DNA of 33,709 bases from Bacteroidota bacterium. Its GTDB lineage: Bacteria > Bacteroidota > Bacteroidia > Chitinophagales > Chitinophagaceae. Below, piece by piece: positions 1 through 8,686 of this stretch. Within the stretch, counting starts at the first letter, position 1. Every line of letters starts with the position of its first letter. The stretch lies in NCBI GenBank assembly GCA_021824855.1, contig JAKAJX010000129.1:1-33709 (forward strand). The letters run 5' to 3'. Both the position numbers and the translations under genes were made by a program. Under the pieces are notes generated by a model. It worked only from the letters and a program-made list of their open reading frames with translations, had not been told where the DNA came from and ran no database searches.

Positions 1-1
1 A

Positions 2-1204
2 TTAAAGGTAAATAAACTGAGTACCTTTCTTTCATTATTTGGAATTACTATTGGTATCTTTTGCATTATTGGTGTATTAGCCACTATTGATAGTTTAAAT
101 AAAGAAATTAATAAAGAACTAAATTCTATTGGTGCTAATACAGTTTGGGTAGATAAATTTGATTTTACACAAATGGGCCCCGATTTTCCATGGTGGAAAT
201 ATGTGAAGCGGCCAAATATGCGATATAAAGAAATGCAATTCTTGAAAGAGAATTTAAAGCAAGCAAAACATGTAGCACTTTTTTTAGGAAATGCAGTGAA
301 TGCCGATTATGAAGGAACTACTTTACAAAATACTTTTTTATTTGGAGTAAGCGAAGATTTTGCTCAAATACAAGGACTGAAAATTATTAGCGGAAGATAT
401 TTAACAGAAGCCGATTTTATAAGAGGAACTCCTGTTTGCATTATAGGATATAAAAATGCAGAAGATATTTTTGGCTCGGCTCAATATGCTGTTGGTAAAG
501 CTATTTCGGTAAATGGGCGTAAATTATTAATTGTTGGTTTAATTGAAAAACAAGGCACCAGTGTTATTGATGTGGGTTTTCAATACGATCAATCTATTAT
601 TACTTCTAATACTTTTTTCAGTAGTATGTTTGAAGAAGATAAAGTAGGCAGAAACTTTATTATGATTGAACCAAATGAAGGCGTTACCACGAAAGCTTTA
701 TCGGATGAAATTCGAGGCTATATGCGGCAAATACGCAGATTGAGTCCGGATGATGAAGATAATTTTGCATTGAATGAAGTAAATTATTTAAGTAAACTTT
801 TCGATCCACTATTTTCTACTTTAAATATTGCAGGATGGGCAATTGCAGGCTTAAGTTTGGTGGTTGGTGCATTTGGGGTAGCCAATATTATGTTTGTAAC
901 AGTACGAGAACGAACCAGTCAGATAGGATTAAAGAAAGCAATTGGTGCACGCAAAAAAACAATACTTACCGAATTCTTATTAGAGAGTGCTTTTCTTTGC
1001 ATTATTGGCGGAATGATTGGTCTTTTTTTAGTTTGGTTATTAAGTGTTATACTCAGTAGTTTTCTTCCATTTAGTATTTTAATTGCTCCCCGTATTATTA
1101 GTCTGGCTTTAGGTATTTGCATTTTTATAGGCATATTAGCAGGCATTATACCCGCATCGCAGGCAGCTAAAATGGATCCGGTAGTAGCCATAAGAACAAA
1201 GTAA
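2..1204 (+). CDS. ABC transporter permease, MacB/FtsX family (5' end cut by window edge)
   Basis: The frame of ORF 173..1204 stays open back to base 2 (LKVNKLSTFLSLFGITIGIFCIIGVLATIDSLN..., an N-terminal TM helix). A MacB-like periplasmic core is followed by a C-terminal FtsX-type TM bundle (KKAIGARKKTILTEFLLESAFLCIIGG...). Confidence 0.85.
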   Translation, partial: LKVNKLSTFLSLFGITIGIFCIIGVLATIDSLNKEINKELNSIGANTVWVDKFDFTQMGPDFPWWKYVKRPNMRYKEMQFLKENLKQAKHVALFLGNAVNADYEGTTLQNTFLFGVSEDFAQIQGLKIISGRYLTEADFIRGTPVCIIGYKNAEDIFGSAQYAVGKAISVNGRKLLIVGLIEKQGTSVIDVGFQYDQSIITSNTFFSSMFEEDKVGRNFIMIEPNEGVTTKALSDEIRGYMRQIRRLSPDDEDNFALNEVNYLSKLFDPLFSTLNIAGWAIAGLSLVVGAFGVANIMFVTVRERTSQIGLKKAIGARKKTILTEFLLESAFLCIIGGMIGLFLVWLLSVILSSFLPFSILIAPRIISLALGICIFIGILAGIIPASQAAKMDPVVAIRTK

Positions 1205-1238
1205 TATACTGCACCGTTAGCTTTATTAATTGATACAG

Positions 1239-1246
1239 TACATTTG
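1239..1246 (+). promoter_or_regulatory. -7 promoter box (TACATTTG) for tsaD
   Basis: Matches the Bacteroidota TAnnTTTG -7 consensus; 25 nt separate it from the TTG start at 1272. Confidence 0.45.
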
Positions 1247-1271
1247 CAGCATTAACACTAATTAATTTAAA

Positions 1272-2270
1272 TTGAAATCCACAATTATTTTAGCAATTGA
1301 ATCTTCTTGCGATGAAACTTCTGCATCGGTTTGTGTAGATGGTAAAATACTTTCAAATTACATTGCCAATCAATCTGTACATGAACAGTATGGCGGAGTA
1401 GTGCCCGAATTAGCAAGCAGAGCCCATTTGCAAAATATTGTTCCTGTAGTTGATATTGCATTAGCAGATGCTCATTGCAATTTATCTGATATTTCTGCTA
1501 TTGCATTTACGCAAGCACCGGGTTTAATTGGTAGCTTATTAGTTGGAACTCAATTTGCAAAATCATTGGCACTTGCATTAGATAAACCATTAATTGCAGT
1601 GCACCACATGCAAGCACATGTTTTAGCTAATTTAATTGGAGATAATATACCCAACTTTCCTTTTTTATGTTTAACAGTAAGTGGCGGACATACTCAAATT
1701 GTTTTAGCTAAATCTGCTTTAGACTTACAAGTAATTGGCGAAACAATTGATGATGCGGCAGGAGAAGCTTTTGATAAAACCGCTAAACTTTTAGGACTTC
1801 CGTATCCGGGCGGACCATTAATAGATAAGTATGCACAATTGGGTAATCCACTTGCATTTAAATTTGCCGAACCTCAAATTCCGGAATTAAATTTTTCTTT
1901 TAGTGGACTAAAAACATCGGTACTTTATTTTTTGCAAAAACAGGATGAAAAATTTATCGCAAATAATCTAAACAATCTTTGTGCTTCTATTCAACATACT
2001 ATTATCCAAATTCTTTTAAAAAAATTGCGTAAAGCTGTACAACTAACAGGCGTAAATGAAGTTTGTATTGCAGGTGGTGTAAGTGCAAATAGCGGCTTAC
2101 GCAATGCATTAACAGAAATGGGGGTTATTAATGGTTGGAAAACATTTATTCCGAAATTTGAATATTGCACCGATAATGCAGCTATGATTGCTATAACGGC
2201 CTATTATAAATATTTGGCTAATCAGTTTACAGAGTTAGATGTAAGTCCATCTGCAAGAGCAGAATGGTAA
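1272..2270 (+). CDS. tsaD: tRNA N6-adenosine threonylcarbamoyltransferase TsaD
   Basis: N-terminal ILAIESSCDETSASV, HHMQAHV metal-binding motif and C-terminal CTDNAAMIA are Kae1/TsaD hallmarks. TTG start; an in-frame TAA lies at 1263. Confidence 0.93.
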   Translation: MKSTIILAIESSCDETSASVCVDGKILSNYIANQSVHEQYGGVVPELASRAHLQNIVPVVDIALADAHCNLSDISAIAFTQAPGLIGSLLVGTQFAKSLALALDKPLIAVHHMQAHVLANLIGDNIPNFPFLCLTVSGGHTQIVLAKSALDLQVIGETIDDAAGEAFDKTAKLLGLPYPGGPLIDKYAQLGNPLAFKFAEPQIPELNFSFSGLKTSVLYFLQKQDEKFIANNLNNLCASIQHTIIQILLKKLRKAVQLTGVNEVCIAGGVSANSGLRNALTEMGVINGWKTFIPKFEYCTDNAAMIAITAYYKYLANQFTELDVSPSARAEW

Positions 2271-2294
2271 TGTAGATAATTATACTATTGCAAT

Positions 2295-2474
2295 ATGAAA
2301 AACATCATCAATCAATTACTAATATATCTCTACCTCAAAAAAGATAACAACCCAAATAGAACCAGTTGGACAAAATATATGCATGGAATGAATAGAATTT
2401 CTTTGCTGATGTTTTTAATAGCACTAATAATAATTTTATTGAAATTGGTTATTATTCCTTTGTTGAAGAAGTAA
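2295..2474 (+). CDS. small membrane protein, 59 aa (below ORF-track cutoff), hypothetical
   Basis: ATG at 2295 to TAA at 2472..2474: MKNIINQLLIYLYLKKDNNPNRTSWTKYMHGMNRISLLMFLIALIIILLKLVIIPLLKK. It has a basic N-terminal part and one clear C-terminal TM helix. Its last 23 nt overlap the convergent lpxB 3' end. From memory it resembles a small DUF-type protein found in Bacteroidota; not verified. Confidence 0.4.
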   Translation: MKNIINQLLIYLYLKKDNNPNRTSWTKYMHGMNRISLLMFLIALIIILLKLVIIPLLKK

Positions 2475-3567
2475 AAGTAAAAATACTTTTTGCCGCTTTT
2501 TCCGATGCGTTTCCACCTTGCGATAAAATGTTTTTTAAATCAGCATAATCATTTGTCATTTCCCGTTGGCGATGTTCATTGCTTAATAGCTCAGTTAGCT
2601 CAAGAATTAAGTTTTTAGTATTCATTTCTTGCTGAATTAATTCTTTCACCACCATTTTATCCATAATTAAATTCACCAATGAAATGTATTTTACTTTCAC
2701 TAAATGTTTGGCAATTGAATAACTAATGCTACTGCCCTTGTAACAAACCACTTCGGGCACGCCAAACAAGGCAGTTTCTAATGTTGCAGTACCACTGGTA
2801 ACCAATGCGGCTTTACTTTGCATCAGTAAATGATATGTATCATTTCTTACAGAAGAAACATTATTATAAGATGATAAAAATGGTTCGTAAAAACTATCAT
2901 CTTGGCCGGGTGCTTTTGCAACAATAAATTGGTAATTGGGAAATGCCTTACTAACTTCTAACATTACCGGTAGTTTCTTTAAAATTTCTTGTTTACGACT
3001 TCCGGGTAATAAGGCAATACTTGTTTTATTGAAGGGAATATTGGATGTTTTAGCTATAAAATCTGAAATTACTTCCACCAATGGATGTCCCACATATTCC
3101 ACATCCCAGTTCCATTTGCTTTTAAAATAATCTTTCTCAAAAGGAAGAATACAAAGCATTTTATCAATACATTTTTTCATTTTTTTAACCCTGTTTTCCT
3201 TCCAAGCCCATACTTGCGGAGCAATATAATATACAACTTTATAGTTTTTTTGTTTTGCCCATTGAGCAATGCGTAAATTAAACCCCGGATAATCTATTAA
3301 TACCAATACATCGGGTTTAAAAAGTGCAATATCTTTTTTGCAAAATTGAATATTATTGATAATGGTTTTTAAATTAAGCAATACTTCTATAAAACCCATA
3401 AAAGCCAAATCTTTATAATGCTTTACTAAAGTACATCCGGCAGCTTTCATTAAATCACCACCCCAGCAACGTATGTTGGCATCTGCATCTAATAATCTTA
3501 ATTGTTTAACAAGATTACTTCCATGTAAATCTCCGCTTGCTTCTCCCGAAATAATATAGTATTTCAT
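2452..3567 (-). CDS. lpxB: lipid-A-disaccharide synthase LpxB
   Basis: MKYYIISGEASGDLHGSNLV N-terminus and GT19 family architecture. The ORF-track start at 3576 is a TTG. The ATG three codons downstream (3567) gives the canonical MKYYI start and is preferred. Confidence 0.9.
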   Translation of the reverse strand: MKYYIISGEASGDLHGSNLVKQLRLLDADANIRCWGGDLMKAAGCTLVKHYKDLAFMGFIEVLLNLKTIINNIQFCKKDIALFKPDVLVLIDYPGFNLRIAQWAKQKNYKVVYYIAPQVWAWKENRVKKMKKCIDKMLCILPFEKDYFKSKWNWDVEYVGHPLVEVISDFIAKTSNIPFNKTSIALLPGSRKQEILKKLPVMLEVSKAFPNYQFIVAKAPGQDDSFYEPFLSSYNNVSSVRNDTYHLLMQSKAALVTSGTATLETALFGVPEVVCYKGSSISYSIAKHLVKVKYISLVNLIMDKMVVKELIQQEMNTKNLILELTELLSNEHRQREMTNDYADLKNILSQGGNASEKAAKSIFTFTSSTKE

Positions 3568-3673
3568 TTGTTGCAAAATACAATAAGATTATATAATTCA
3601 CACTTAATCATCTTAATTAATTATATGCAGTAACTTCTTTTTCCCCAACATACTTAAATGCAATTGCTTAGAT

Positions 3674-3681
3674 TAATTTTG
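3674..3681 (+). promoter_or_regulatory. -7 promoter box (TAATTTTG) for pcm
   Basis: TAnnTTTG match with only 7 nt before the ATG at 3689, implying a near-leaderless mRNA. Confidence 0.45.
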
Positions 3682-3688
3682 TATTACC

Positions 3689-4345
3689 ATGAGAAAATTT
3701 GAGGATACCTATCAGCATAAAGGATTAAGAAAGCAATTAGTTTCGTTGCTAAAAGAAAAAGGTATTACCGATGAAACAATATTAGAAGCGATTAATACTA
3801 TTCCGCGACATTTTTTTTTAGATTCTGCATTTGATAAAATTGCTTATGAAGATAGAGCTTTCCCAATAGGAGAAGGGCAAACCATATCTCAACCATATAC
3901 TGTTGCCTATCAAACACAATTATTAAATGTAAAAAAAAATGATAAGGTATTAGAAATAGGTACCGGCAGTGTGTATCAGGCAAGTGTTTTAGCAGAAATA
4001 GGTGCATGGGTTTATACCATTGAGCGACAAAAGAAATTGTACGATGCGCACAAACAATTTATCTTTCGTAATAAATATCCTAACATAAAATTTTTTTATG
4101 GAGATGGTTATGAAGGCTTACCATCATTTGCTCCATTTGATAAAATTATTATTACAGCGGCTGCACCTTTTATTCCTCCTAAATTAATTACTCAATTAAA
4201 AATTGGAGGTGTAATGGTAATACCTGTAAATGAAGGTGAAATACAGCGTATGTTACGAATTACTAAATTGCCCAACGATACATTACAAGAAGAATCTTTT
4301 GATGCATTTTCCTTTGTTCCAATGTTAACCGGAAAAAACGGTTAA
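3689..4345 (+). CDS. pcm: protein-L-isoaspartate O-methyltransferase
   Basis: GQTISQPYTVAYQTQLL motif and SAM-binding VLEIGTGSVYQASVLA motif; typical 218-aa length. Confidence 0.92.
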   Translation: MRKFEDTYQHKGLRKQLVSLLKEKGITDETILEAINTIPRHFFLDSAFDKIAYEDRAFPIGEGQTISQPYTVAYQTQLLNVKKNDKVLEIGTGSVYQASVLAEIGAWVYTIERQKKLYDAHKQFIFRNKYPNIKFFYGDGYEGLPSFAPFDKIIITAAAPFIPPKLITQLKIGGVMVIPVNEGEIQRMLRITKLPNDTLQEESFDAFSFVPMLTGKNG

Positions 4346-4388
4346 CCATAAATAGCAATTTCACTTCATTCAGAGTTATCTTTGCAAG

Positions 4389-4737
4389 AGCTACAAACCC
4401 GAACTATCGAGTTATAAGTAATTATAATTAGGAAAGTCTGGACAGCATAGAGCAACTCACCGGCGAATAACCGGTCTCGTGATAAACGAGAAGAAAGTGC
4501 CACAGAAAATAACTTCATACTTAGGTATGACAAAGGTGAAAATGTGAGGTAAGAGCTCACAGTATTGCAAAGTAATTTGCGATACGGGTAAACCTTGAGT
4601 GCTGCAATGCCACGTATAGAGCCGTTTTAAGAGCTGCTCGTTCAAGGCTCAGGGTAGGCAGCAACAGGTGTTAAGTAATTAGCATCGCAGATAAATGATA
4701 GTGTAAAAACAGAATCCGGCTTATGAGGTTTGTAGCT
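4389..4737 (+). ncRNA. rnpB: RNase P RNA, bacterial type A (ends approximate, +/-10 nt)
   Basis: P1 pairing: agctacaaacc (4389..4399) with ggtttgtagct (4727..4737), followed by a T-run. P4 strands: ggaaagtctgg (4431..4441) and acagaatccggctta (4709..4723). Also the conserved agtgccacagaaaa and ggtaagagctcac segments. It sits in an otherwise noncoding gap between pcm and the GH2 gene. Confidence 0.9.
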
Positions 4738-4770
4738 TTTTTTAACTTGCTATTATTAAATTATCGCTAT

Positions 4771-7176
4771 ATGAAAAATTGGTTAGTTGCTTGTTCATTG
4801 CTTATTGCATTTTCTGTAAAGGCTCAAAATAGTAGAGAAAATTTTTTATTCGATAACGATTGGAAATTTCATTTAGGGAATGCTATAGATTTTACAAAAG
4901 ATTTTAATTACGGATTAACAAATATTTTTTCAAAAGCCGGAGAAGCCGGGAATACTGCATTTAATCCCAAGTTCAATGATGCTAATTGGCAAAAAATACA
5001 ATTACCACATGATTGGGTGGTTGAATTACCTTTCGATAAATCTAAAAATTTCGATCAAGATGCACATGGATATAAAGCCATTGGAGCTAATTACCCTCAG
5101 AACAGTATTGGATGGTATAGAAAAACATTTACCATGGCTCCCGCAGATTCGGGCAATAAATTTTATTTGCAATTTGATGGTGTATATCGTAATTGTAAAG
5201 TATTTATTAACGGGCATTATTTAGGCTCTAACGAAAGTGGATACATAGGTTTTGAATTGGATATTACCGATTATATTCATTTTAGAGAAAAAAATGTAAT
5301 AGCCGTAAGAGTAGAGGCTTCTCAATATGAAGGTTGGTTTTATGAAGGGGCAGGTATTTACAGGCATGTATGGCTAAAGAAAATGAATCCATTGCATATA
5401 GCTACTAATGGTGTATTTGTTCAAACAAAACAAAAAGGTAATACGGCAGATATTTCACTTTCTACAAAATTGCAAAACGAAAAATATATTCCTTCAACTG
5501 CAACAATTCAATCGTATATTATTAATGCAAAAGGAAATATTGTTCAATCAGCTACTAAGCAAACCATTCATTTAGCTGTAAATGAATTGGCAACAATTCA
5601 TCAAAACATATCTATTTCATCTCCACATCTATGGTCTGTTGATGATCCATATTTATATAAAGTAGTTTCATTAGTTATCAATAACCAAAAAGTGATTGAT
5701 AGCGTAGTAACTACATTTGGCATACGCACCATTACTGTTGATGCTCAAAAAGGATTGTTCTTAAATGGTAAGCCTATTAAAATTTATGGAACATGTAATC
5801 ACCAAGATCATGCAGGTGTAGGAAGTGCTTTGCCCGATGCGTTGCAATATTATAGAATTAAATTATTGAAAGAAATGGGGGTGAACGCCTATAGAACAAG
5901 TCATAATCCGCCAACACCGGAATTATTGAATGCTTGCGATGAATTGGGCATGTTGGTTTTAGACGAAAACAGATTATTGGGCAGTAGTAAAGAAATAATG
6001 AGTCAGTTTGAAAGATTAATAGAACGCGATAGAAATCATCCCTCAGTATTTATGTGGTCGTTGGCAAATGAAGAGCATAGTTTACAATATACCGATGTTG
6101 CTAAACGCATAGCTTTAACATTATTGGCTAAACAAAAAGAATTAGATCCAAGTCGTACCGCCACTTATGCTGCCGATATGGGCAATTTTAATAAAGGAAT
6201 TAATGAAGTAATTCCTGTTCGTGGATTCAATTATAATCTTCAAGGAATTGATTCTTATAAAAAAAATAATCCTAACCAACCAATAATTGGTACCGAAATG
6301 GGAAGCACCGTTTGTACACGTGGCGTGTATACTAAAGACACTGTAAATGGATATGTACCCGATTATGATACAACATTTCCTCCATGGGCGTCAACGGCAG
6401 AACGTTGGTGGAAATTAGCCGCAGAAAGAAAATGGTTTATTGGAGGATTTGTTTGGACAGGATTTGATTATAGGGGAGAACCTACACCTTATACATGGCC
6501 TTGTATTAATTCGCATTTTGGTATTATGGATGTATGCGGATTTCCCAAAAATATTTACTATTACTATCAAAGTTGGTGGACAAATAAGGATGTATTGCAT
6601 CTCTATCCTCATTGGAATTGGAAAGGCAAAGAGGGGCAACCTATTACTGTGTGGTGTAATACTAATGCAGATGAAGTTGAATTATTTTTAAATGGAAGGA
6701 GTTTGGGAAAAAAAGTAATGCCTCGAAATAGTCATTTAGTTTGGGAAGTAAAATATCAACCTGGAATTTTAAAAGCTATTGCATGGAAAAATGGAAGAAT
6801 ATTGAAAGATTCTGTTGAAACTACCGATTCAGCCTATCAAATTATTTTAACGCCTGACAGAACAATTATTCATGCCGATGGAAAAGATATTTCAGTAATT
6901 ACTGTATCGGTAAAAGATAAAAAAGGAAGAGAAGTTCCCGATGCTATGAATTTAATTCATTTCACAATATCTCCTAATGCAACAATTATAGGAGTGGGCA
7001 ATGGCAATCCAAGTAGCCATGAACCCGATAAATGCGAATTAGGAAAATATCAGCGCTCTTTATTTAATGGTAAAGCTCAATTAATTGTTCAAAGCGGAAG
7101 TTCAACCGGTACCGTGTCTATTCAAGCTACTTCAAACGGATTGGTAGATGCTGCGCAAGAAATTAAACTGCAATAA
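4771..7176 (+). CDS. glycoside hydrolase family 2 (beta-galactosidase-like), secreted
   Basis: GH2 motifs: NAYRTSHNPP, acid/base WSLANEE, nucleophile region IIGTEMGS, and a C-terminal Ig-like domain. The start is moved to ATG 4771 (MKNWLVACSLLIAFSVKAQN, a signal peptide) because the track start at 4723 lies inside the rnpB P1/P4 3' strand. Confidence 0.88.
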   Translation: MKNWLVACSLLIAFSVKAQNSRENFLFDNDWKFHLGNAIDFTKDFNYGLTNIFSKAGEAGNTAFNPKFNDANWQKIQLPHDWVVELPFDKSKNFDQDAHGYKAIGANYPQNSIGWYRKTFTMAPADSGNKFYLQFDGVYRNCKVFINGHYLGSNESGYIGFELDITDYIHFREKNVIAVRVEASQYEGWFYEGAGIYRHVWLKKMNPLHIATNGVFVQTKQKGNTADISLSTKLQNEKYIPSTATIQSYIINAKGNIVQSATKQTIHLAVNELATIHQNISISSPHLWSVDDPYLYKVVSLVINNQKVIDSVVTTFGIRTITVDAQKGLFLNGKPIKIYGTCNHQDHAGVGSALPDALQYYRIKLLKEMGVNAYRTSHNPPTPELLNACDELGMLVLDENRLLGSSKEIMSQFERLIERDRNHPSVFMWSLANEEHSLQYTDVAKRIALTLLAKQKELDPSRTATYAADMGNFNKGINEVIPVRGFNYNLQGIDSYKKNNPNQPIIGTEMGSTVCTRGVYTKDTVNGYVPDYDTTFPPWASTAERWWKLAAERKWFIGGFVWTGFDYRGEPTPYTWPCINSHFGIMDVCGFPKNIYYYYQSWWTNKDVLHLYPHWNWKGKEGQPITVWCNTNADEVELFLNGRSLGKKVMPRNSHLVWEVKYQPGILKAIAWKNGRILKDSVETTDSAYQIILTPDRTIIHADGKDISVITVSVKDKKGREVPDAMNLIHFTISPNATIIGVGNGNPSSHEPDKCELGKYQRSLFNGKAQLIVQSGSSTGTVSIQATSNGLVDAAQEIKLQ

Positions 7177-7178
7177 GT

Positions 7179-8477
7179 TTATTTAGGCGGAATAGAAACT
7201 ATTTGCGAGGTTGTATTATTACAGCCCGAACTTCCGGTAACCGTAAGTGATACTGTAAAGTTTTGTGTTATCGAAGTTTGAGCATAAGTATGCGTAACAA
7301 AAGCATTATTAGCTGTAAATCCATCACCAAACGACCAATTATACGATACAATACTACCATGCGGAACGGTAGATTGGCTATTGAAAGAATAAGCATTTCC
7401 TGTAGAATTGGTTACCTGTGGTTGAAAAATTGCAGTAGGTGTTACATTTTGTCCTAAAGCAACAACTCCTTTTGTAACCTGATAAATGGTGGTAGAATTG
7501 TACTTAACATATAATGTTACATTATTGTTATTGCCATAAGTGTATTCGTGTTGAACCGGATTGCCAATACCCGTGGTACCATCTCCAAAATCCCAATCAA
7601 ACTCTGGATTAGGAGGTAATACACCAACTAAGTTTTGTGTAAACGTAAATATTTCTTTACTTGGAGCACAAGGATTAGTACTTGTTGCAATAAAATTACC
7701 TGTTAATGTGTATATGGCCGGAATAAAAAATTGTGAAGAATAAGTATTGGTACAACCGGCTGATGAAGTAACAGTTAAGCTAACTGTGTAATATTTATCG
7801 TAAGGAGTTGATGGAAAAGTATGTTTTACAAAACTATTTCCCGTAGCGGTTGCTCCATCACCAAAATCCCAATTGTATTGCTTAATTGAACCATGATTTA
7901 ATGAAGAAGTACTATTAAAACTATAATTGTTGCCGCTGCTTTGAGAACCATAAAAATTAGCCGTAGGCGAAACATCTTGACCAAATGCAGTAATACCTTT
8001 TGAATAAGTGGCCAAAATTTGATTATTTTTTATAATCTTCATTGTTACAGTATAAGTTCCACCATAATTATATTGATTACTTGCAATGCTGTCATTAATT
8101 CCTACAACCGAATTGCCATCACCAAAATACCATTGGTAGGTAGCCCCGGTTGGTATACCAACCGTTGTATCTTTAAATGTAAAAACTTCTTGACTTGGTG
8201 CACAAGGCGATGTACTTGAAATTGCAAATCCTATATGAGAGATGGTAGTAGTTGTACCATTACTACCTCCACTTCTGCTACCAGGTGGTAAAGGTGTAGC
8301 AGAAGGTCCTGATGGTCCACCCGATACAGGTGGTGTACCGCTTCCAGAAGGACTACCACTTGAAGAACCGGATGATGAACTTGAACTGCTTGTTGATGAA
8401 GAATAATCTACTACTCTTGTACAGGAAACGCTATACAAAGCAGATAAAACACATAAAAAGAAAATATTTCTTTTCAT
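7179..8477 (-). CDS. PKD-repeat surface protein with Ser/Gly/Pro-rich linker, probable lipoprotein or secreted
   Basis: Signal peptide ending ...LSALYSVSC, then a roughly 55-aa S/G/P/T low-complexity linker. Four PKD-like modules follow, each with a W(D/Y/S)FGDG core, arranged as (A-B)x2. No T9SS C-terminal domain is recognisable. Confidence 0.8.
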   Translation of the reverse strand: MKRNIFFLCVLSALYSVSCTRVVDYSSSTSSSSSSSGSSSGSPSGSGTPPVSGGPSGPSATPLPPGSRSGGSNGTTTTISHIGFAISSTSPCAPSQEVFTFKDTTVGIPTGATYQWYFGDGNSVVGINDSIASNQYNYGGTYTVTMKIIKNNQILATYSKGITAFGQDVSPTANFYGSQSSGNNYSFNSTSSLNHGSIKQYNWDFGDGATATGNSFVKHTFPSTPYDKYYTVSLTVTSSAGCTNTYSSQFFIPAIYTLTGNFIATSTNPCAPSKEIFTFTQNLVGVLPPNPEFDWDFGDGTTGIGNPVQHEYTYGNNNNVTLYVKYNSTTIYQVTKGVVALGQNVTPTAIFQPQVTNSTGNAYSFNSQSTVPHGSIVSYNWSFGDGFTANNAFVTHTYAQTSITQNFTVSLTVTGSSGCNNTTSQIVSIPPK

Positions 8478-8672
8478 ATTACAGGTTCTCAGTTAATAGT
8501 GTTTCGGGAATTGTAAAGATACTTTTATTTGCATCATATTTAGTGATAACACTATTTTTAGACATATTTTAAGGTCAACAAATAGTAAAACGATTATTTC
8601 CAAACTTTCGTATTCGCACAACAATAAATATCGAAATGGATAGAATTTAATTTATATTTTATCATGTATAAT

Positions 8673-8680
8673 TACATTTG
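8673..8680 (+). promoter_or_regulatory. -7 promoter box (TACATTTG) for prfB
   Basis: TAnnTTTG match with 6 nt before the ATG at 8687. Confidence 0.45.
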
Positions 8681-8686
8681 CAAGCT

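Noticed and set aside
4366-4645. ORF-track entries 4366..4560 and 4457..4645 (minus strand, 62 to 64 aa)
   Set aside because: They lie entirely within the RNase P RNA gene, whose conserved P1/P4 elements explain the region. The peptides have no protein-like features.
4723-4770. ATG 4723 as the start of the GH2 gene
   Set aside because: It overlaps the 3' strand of rnpB (P4/P1 and its T-run). ATG 4771 gives a canonical signal peptide, MKNWLVACSLLIAFSVKAQN.
8312-8572. 86-aa plus-strand ORF spanning the PKD gene start and upstream spacer
   Set aside because: It is mostly antisense to the Ser-rich linker of the PKD gene, and the remainder is AT-rich spacer. There is no supporting signal.
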